A DNA stretch of 20,524 nucleotides from an uncultured archaeon (GTDB lineage Archaea; Asgardarchaeota; Lokiarchaeia; Sigyniarchaeales; SOKP01), in the NCBI GenBank assembly GCA_964632315.1, contig CAZWEM010000060.1:1-20524 (forward strand), in the 5' to 3' direction. The notes under the pieces are model-generated. The model ran no database searches. It saw only the letters and a program-made list of their open reading frames with translations, and was not told the DNA's origin. Made by a program: the position numbers and the translations under genes. Numbering within the stretch: position 1 is the stretch's first letter; every line of letters begins with the position of its first letter. Positions 16,632-20,524 of the stretch are shown in pieces.

Positions 16632-17772
16632 TTCCTTCTTTTTGTGCTTTATATAATTTTTGGATCCTTTCAATTCCATTATTATTTTCCATAATAACTT
16701 GAACCTCTTTTGGGACTAATCTTCTCCACTCGTTATTATTATCAGCAATCAAATTCCTTACATTTGTTCCGCTGTACTTTTTCTTAAAAATTTCAAGTTT
16801 CTTCCCAATTTTAATTCCTTCTTTTTTAAATAATTCTCGAACCCAATCACTATTGGAATAAATTGTGTCAAATTCACCAGTAATTGACATAACATGGTTA
16901 ACCCATTTTTGAGCATTAAAAATGTCTGGGATGCTAAATATTTCATATCTATTTCGGGAAATCCCTCTTTTATCCAATGCTGCTATAATAAAATTCTTTC
17001 TTTCAATATCAGAGAATGGATCAGATAATTTATTTGAAAGTTGAGAACTCCCAATTCCAATCTTAATACGATCATGCCTCTCAAATAATCTTTTGAATAC
17101 AAATATATGTCCATGGTGTAAGGGTTGGAATCTTCCAATGAATAATGCTACTTTTTTTGAATCTATAGTCGTATTTTGGTCTTCCTCAAGAAACTCCTTC
17201 AAATCCATTTTGATAAGAGTGCTCCAAATTGATTTTGAATAATCGATTGTATCTTTTTCTTTCAGAATAGCTAACAATTCCGATTTGGAATAGAAATGGC
17301 TGAATTTAATATCAAGTTCAGTGGGATCAGGCTTAAGAGAGACGTCAGAATTGATTTCTCCAACAAAAATGTATGAAACTTCATTAATTCCTTCATATTC
17401 TTCTGTCTCTAAGTCATAAAAACGCATCTTCTTAACATATTTTGGCTTGATACCGAATTCTTCTTTCAGTTCGCGTAAAGCATCCTCCTTAATATCTCTT
17501 AATTGTATATTCTTTCTATATAAAACATGTCCAGAAGCAGAGTCAGTATAGTATCCTGGAAATGCTTCTTTTTGAAAACTTCTTTTCTGAACTAGAAAAA
17601 GTGGCTCATTATTTTTCGAAAACGATATTACAAAGAATCTAATTATAAGATGACTAATTTTTCTCTCATGAGCTTTTTTACGCTTCACTGGAAAAATATA
17701 TTTAGAGATTTGACCAGAATGAAGATATTTTATATCAGAGTCTTTAATACATGCGATAATTTCTTGTTCCAT
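16621..17772 (-). CDS. nadM: Fusion of an N-terminal IDI/YfcD-like Nudix domain and a C-terminal archaeal NMN adenylyltransferase (NadM)
   Basis: LVQKRSFQKEAFPG, ASGHV, ALRELKEEFGI (Nudix box); then LFIGRFQPLHHGH, IGIGSSQ, PFS..ER, SGTNVR, W..LVP. Confidence 0.88.
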   Translation of the reverse strand: MEQEIIACIKDSDIKYLHSGQISKYIFPVKRKKAHERKISHLIIRFFVISFSKNNEPLFLVQKRSFQKEAFPGYYTDSASGHVLYRKNIQLRDIKEDALRELKEEFGIKPKYVKKMRFYDLETEEYEGINEVSYIFVGEINSDVSLKPDPTELDIKFSHFYSKSELLAILKEKDTIDYSKSIWSTLIKMDLKEFLEEDQNTTIDSKKVALFIGRFQPLHHGHIFVFKRLFERHDRIKIGIGSSQLSNKLSDPFSDIERKNFIIAALDKRGISRNRYEIFSIPDIFNAQKWVNHVMSITGEFDTIYSNSDWVRELFKKEGIKIGKKLEIFKKKYSGTNVRNLIADNNNEWRRLVPKEVQVIMENNNGIERIQKLYKAQKEGNGA

Positions 17773-17786
17773 AATTAATTCATAAT

Positions 17787-18608
17787 TTATTTAATAATAG
17801 TAATTATATCTCCAGTGTTAAATCCTATACATTTTTGAGCACTGCCTTGATTAATTGAAATTTCAAGAAAGCCCGTTGATCCCTTTAAGAATAATAAAGA
17901 ACCAATAGGAAATTTACCAAAATAACTGGTAAATTTACCTTCATACTTTTTTTCATTGAAAATAATGTTTAAATCTTCTCCATCTTGCATTTTTGATATT
18001 ATTTCAAAATTATCTAATAATATATTTGTTACAGCATTTCCAAAATTATCAATATATTGTATATAACATTTTATTCCATCCTCATTGTTAAATGGAAGAT
18101 TTTCGAATTTCTCCAAGGATAAAAGGTTTTCTTTAGGAAAATTAATACCTAAATCACTTAATTTTTTTCCTAAACTCAAATGAGCAGCTAAGGGTGCCAT
18201 TATGTCCCTTCCATGAAAGGTATTCGATACAGAATCAAGAAAATATTCTTCATTGTTTAAGTTAACGCAATGTGATATTTCTCTGAGCCTTAGGGTCATT
18301 CTGAATACACCGTTATTTGGTCCGATAATAATTTTATTCGATTTAAGGTTGATCCCTAATATTTCTCTTGAGCTTCCAACTCCTGGATCAACAACAACTA
18401 TAATGATTGATTTCTCTGGAAAAAAATTCAAAGTCGCCTTCAACATATAAGAAGCTTCGATAATCGAAAAAGGATTAATATCATGCGAAATGTCTATAAA
18501 CAATACTTTAGGATTTATTTTTAGAATTACTGCTTTCATACTTGCTACATAATGAGATCCTTTTAGTCCAAAATCGGTTAAAAGTCCGATAATTCTTTTT
18601 TTGTGCAT
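17787..18608 (-). CDS. DUF62 SAM hydroxide adenosyltransferase/SAM hydrolase (fluorinase/chlorinase superfamily)
   Basis: LLTDFG, DISH, VVDPGVGSSR, GPNNG, TFHGRDI, IDNFGN; the Asp-Arg-His triad of the hydrolase branch is present. Confidence 0.9.
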   Translation of the reverse strand: MHKKRIIGLLTDFGLKGSHYVASMKAVILKINPKVLFIDISHDINPFSIIEASYMLKATLNFFPEKSIIIVVVDPGVGSSREILGINLKSNKIIIGPNNGVFRMTLRLREISHCVNLNNEEYFLDSVSNTFHGRDIMAPLAAHLSLGKKLSDLGINFPKENLLSLEKFENLPFNNEDGIKCYIQYIDNFGNAVTNILLDNFEIISKMQDGEDLNIIFNEKKYEGKFTSYFGKFPIGSLLFLKGSTGFLEISINQGSAQKCIGFNTGDIITIIK

Positions 18609-18695
18609 AAACTCATCAATCTTATTTGAGTAATTAAAAAATAAGTTAGTATTCAGCCAATTACTAATCTTTTATATTTTCAAAAGCATTAAGAT

Positions 18696-19598
18696 TCATT
18701 TCTTGTGATATTTTTGATCGATCTTATAAAAGTCTTCGAGTGCTTTTGACTTTAATCGATATTCCTCTTCTTTTTCGAAATCGACTAATTTTTTTGACAA
18801 ATCACTTGCTTTTTTATAAGCAATATATGCGGAATGAAAATCTTCATTTCTAAGGGAACTTCGGGCTTCTTGTACTACCTTATCACGATTTTTTAATAAT
18901 TCGGGAATCATAGTCGAAAAACTAGCTTTTTCCTTTAAGGATTCAGCGATATCAAGTAGATACAACTCTTCCGCTAACTGATAAGCTTTTCCATACAGCT
19001 TTGCTGCTTTTTCATATTCGTTTGTTTTTCTTGCGCCTTCAGCAGAATTATATAATTCACTGATTTTCTTGTAATCGCCCACCTCAACTTTTTTGACCAA
19101 ATCTTGAGCGATCTTTCTCTCCTTTTTACCACCACTCAGCATAAATTTTGTAATATTCAAGATATTTTCTCTTAAAGATTCAGGTTTTAAAATATCAACA
19201 AGTGGCTCCAAATGTTCTAAATATATATCCTTTAAAATTTGTCCAAATTCCTCTTTTAACATATCAAAGATTTCTAAACCCAAAACTTCGATAGCATCTG
19301 CACCTTCTTTTAGCGGGGCTCGAAATTTTTCTGGTTTATCATTTTCATTTAGAAGTAAGCCAATTATTATGCTTGAAGCTTTTCGACTCAACTTACCTGT
19401 AAAACGGTGCAAATAAGAAAATATTTTTTGTTCTTTCAGGTTTAATAGGCTGTAGTCATCTTTTGAGTGATCTAAATTTAGTCTTAAGAATAAATCACTT
19501 GTGATTTTAAAATTTGGTTCACTACCTTTAAAATAATATCCTAGAACTTTATAATCAGCGTCTAATGGTAAAATAATAACAAAACTACCTTTTGGCAT
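18696..19598 (-). CDS. Hypothetical protein with a putative longin/uDENN-like N-terminal domain and two C-terminal TPR/MIT-like helical repeats
   Basis: Residues 1-130 show a beta-beta-alpha-beta-beta-beta-alpha-alpha pattern (MPKGSFVII..YY..H..FSY..IIIGLLL). Repeats AEGARKTNEYEKAAKLYGKAYQLAEEL and ARSSLRNEDFHSAYIAYKKASDLSKKL follow. The CDS is solid; the fold is inferred. Confidence 0.55.
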   Translation of the reverse strand: MPKGSFVIILPLDADYKVLGYYFKGSEPNFKITSDLFLRLNLDHSKDDYSLLNLKEQKIFSYLHRFTGKLSRKASSIIIGLLLNENDKPEKFRAPLKEGADAIEVLGLEIFDMLKEEFGQILKDIYLEHLEPLVDILKPESLRENILNITKFMLSGGKKERKIAQDLVKKVEVGDYKKISELYNSAEGARKTNEYEKAAKLYGKAYQLAEELYLLDIAESLKEKASFSTMIPELLKNRDKVVQEARSSLRNEDFHSAYIAYKKASDLSKKLVDFEKEEEYRLKSKALEDFYKIDQKYHKK

Positions 19599-19605
19599 AT
19601 ATTTC

Positions 19606-20025
19606 CTACTCCTTACAACTTATTATTCTATTAGTTTCCTCTCGGATTGACTGTATAACATTTAATAATTGGGCATAATATAAATTATTGGAGACTGCTT
19701 TTGCTGCTTGTCTTATTATGTCAATTGCTTTCTTTTCCTCCTCTGTTATTGCTTCTATTGATTTTTTCTCGTATAATTCTGCTATCTTTGAATTAAAATC
19801 ATCCGCAATCTCTTGCATACTTTCACTAGATTTCATTCGAAATTGTTTTAACACCTCAACAATCAATCGAATATTCTCATTAATAGAAATGGTTTCTTCT
19901 GAAAATTTTTGAGACATTGCTTGAATTGCAGTACTCATTTGATTTATTTGAGCAATTGTACCATCTAAAGATGTTGTTATTTGATTTATTTTCGTAATCA
20001 TTTCATCTAATAATTTTTCAGCCAT
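19606..20025 (-). CDS. Hypothetical coiled-coil protein A (~139 aa)
   Basis: Continuous heptad pattern, no Pro, no TM segment; start MAEKLL at ATG 20025 (track start 20037). Confidence 0.75.
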   Translation of the reverse strand: MAEKLLDEMITKINQITTSLDGTIAQINQMSTAIQAMSQKFSEETISINENIRLIVEVLKQFRMKSSESMQEIADDFNSKIAELYEKKSIEAITEEEKKAIDIIRQAAKAVSNNLYYAQLLNVIQSIREETNRIISCKE

Positions 20026-20048
20026 ATTTATTCTCAATTCTTCTTTTT

Positions 20049-20453
20049 TTAAATTTTATTTGGAGCTTCCTCTTTAAGGCTATTTACAGAAGTGATTGCT
20101 TCAGAGAGGAGTAAATTAACAGTATCTTGGTTTAAAATCTCACCTGAAAGTTTTTCAAATTCTTCTAATTTCGCAATTAAGGCTTGAATTGCGTCTAAAC
20201 CTAACCCCATTTGAAGTTTTTTTAGTTCATCTTTAGTTCCCTCTCCGATCTCTTTTAATACTTCTATATGACTATTTTTTGTGATATCAATCTCTGCTGT
20301 AAATTCCTCTAATTTTTCATTTAAACTTGTTATTTTTTGTTCTATATTCTGATTTAATCCATCTAAAGAAGTCTTTAAACCTTGAATTGCTTGACCTAAT
20401 TGAGCTATTCTTTTATATATGTTTTGTAGTAAATCTGTAAGCATTTCTGCCAA
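20049..20453 (-). CDS. Hypothetical coiled-coil protein B (~134 aa), apparent distant paralogue of A
   Basis: Heptad pattern; AGGGTG SD-like motif 6 nt before TTG 20453, giving MAEMLTDLL (track start 20462). Confidence 0.75.
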   Translation of the reverse strand: MAEMLTDLLQNIYKRIAQLGQAIQGLKTSLDGLNQNIEQKITSLNEKLEEFTAEIDITKNSHIEVLKEIGEGTKDELKKLQMGLGLDAIQALIAKLEEFEKLSGEILNQDTVNLLLSEAITSVNSLKEEAPNKI

Positions 20454-20524
20454 ATTTAACACCCTAAAAATATTTCAATTTAATAATGATTTGTTTTAAA
20501 ATTTAATTATTAATATAACAGAGT

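Noticed and set aside
16632-16679. Longer rtcA start at 16679
   Set aside because: Creates a 59-nt overlap with the nadM fusion and adds 16 residues ahead of the conserved N-terminus.
17787-18608. True fluorinase/chlorinase
   Set aside because: Retains the Asp-Arg-His triad (DPGVG..R, TFHGRD) of the DUF62 hydrolase branch.
1985-19912. Short ORFs antisense to or overlapping recognised genes (1985, 6182, 6850, 6983, 7454, 8343, 9193, 9613, 10849, 11561, 14467, 16050, 16520, 16758, 18253, 19688)
   Set aside because: They overlap well-supported genes and show no motifs; treated as shadow frames.
19606-20453. SNARE, ESCRT-III or Vps23/Vps37 identity for the coiled-coil proteins
   Set aside because: No TM anchor or clear zero layer, no basic-N/acidic-C ESCRT-III polarity, and no steadiness-box hairpin motif visible; a profile search would be needed.
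1-20524. CRISPR array, transposase, integrase or tRNA-associated att duplication
   Set aside because: No regularly spaced direct repeats, no recombinase motifs and no second copy of the tRNA 3' end were seen.

Overview
Low-GC archaeal chromosome segment, very probably from an Asgard archaeon (Lokiarchaeia-like). The evidence is archaeal-type ribosomal proteins (uL11, uL1, P0/uL10, P1, eL14, eL34), SecY, an intron-containing tRNA-Ser, a Vps28 (ESCRT-I) homologue and a longin-like protein. The left part (1-6.6 kb) is metabolic/transport: a partial HSDL2-like SDR, a degenerate P-loop protein, the ThiW ECF S-component, two tandem FAH-family paralogues, a 66-aa ORF and an orphan family-5 ABC solute-binding protein fused to three Ig-like repeats. 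The centre is a rearranged translation/secretion cluster: rpl11-rpl1-rplP0-rpl12-secY-DUF106 on +, facing an inverted rpl34e-cmk-rpl14e-tRNA-Ser block on -. The right part is a minus-strand run of two paralogous coiled-coil proteins, a longin-like/helical-repeat protein, a DUF62 SAM hydrolase, a Nudix-NMNAT fusion, RtcA, a zinc-finger/Yip1 membrane protein and Vps28. Best candidates for undescribed biology: (i) the Vps28 + NZF-like zinc-finger/Yip1 gene pair; (ii) the three-gene coiled-coil/coiled-coil/longin-repeat module; (iii) an orphan SECIS/K-turn-like hairpin between cmk and rpl14e. All family calls come from motif recognition by eye; no searches were run.
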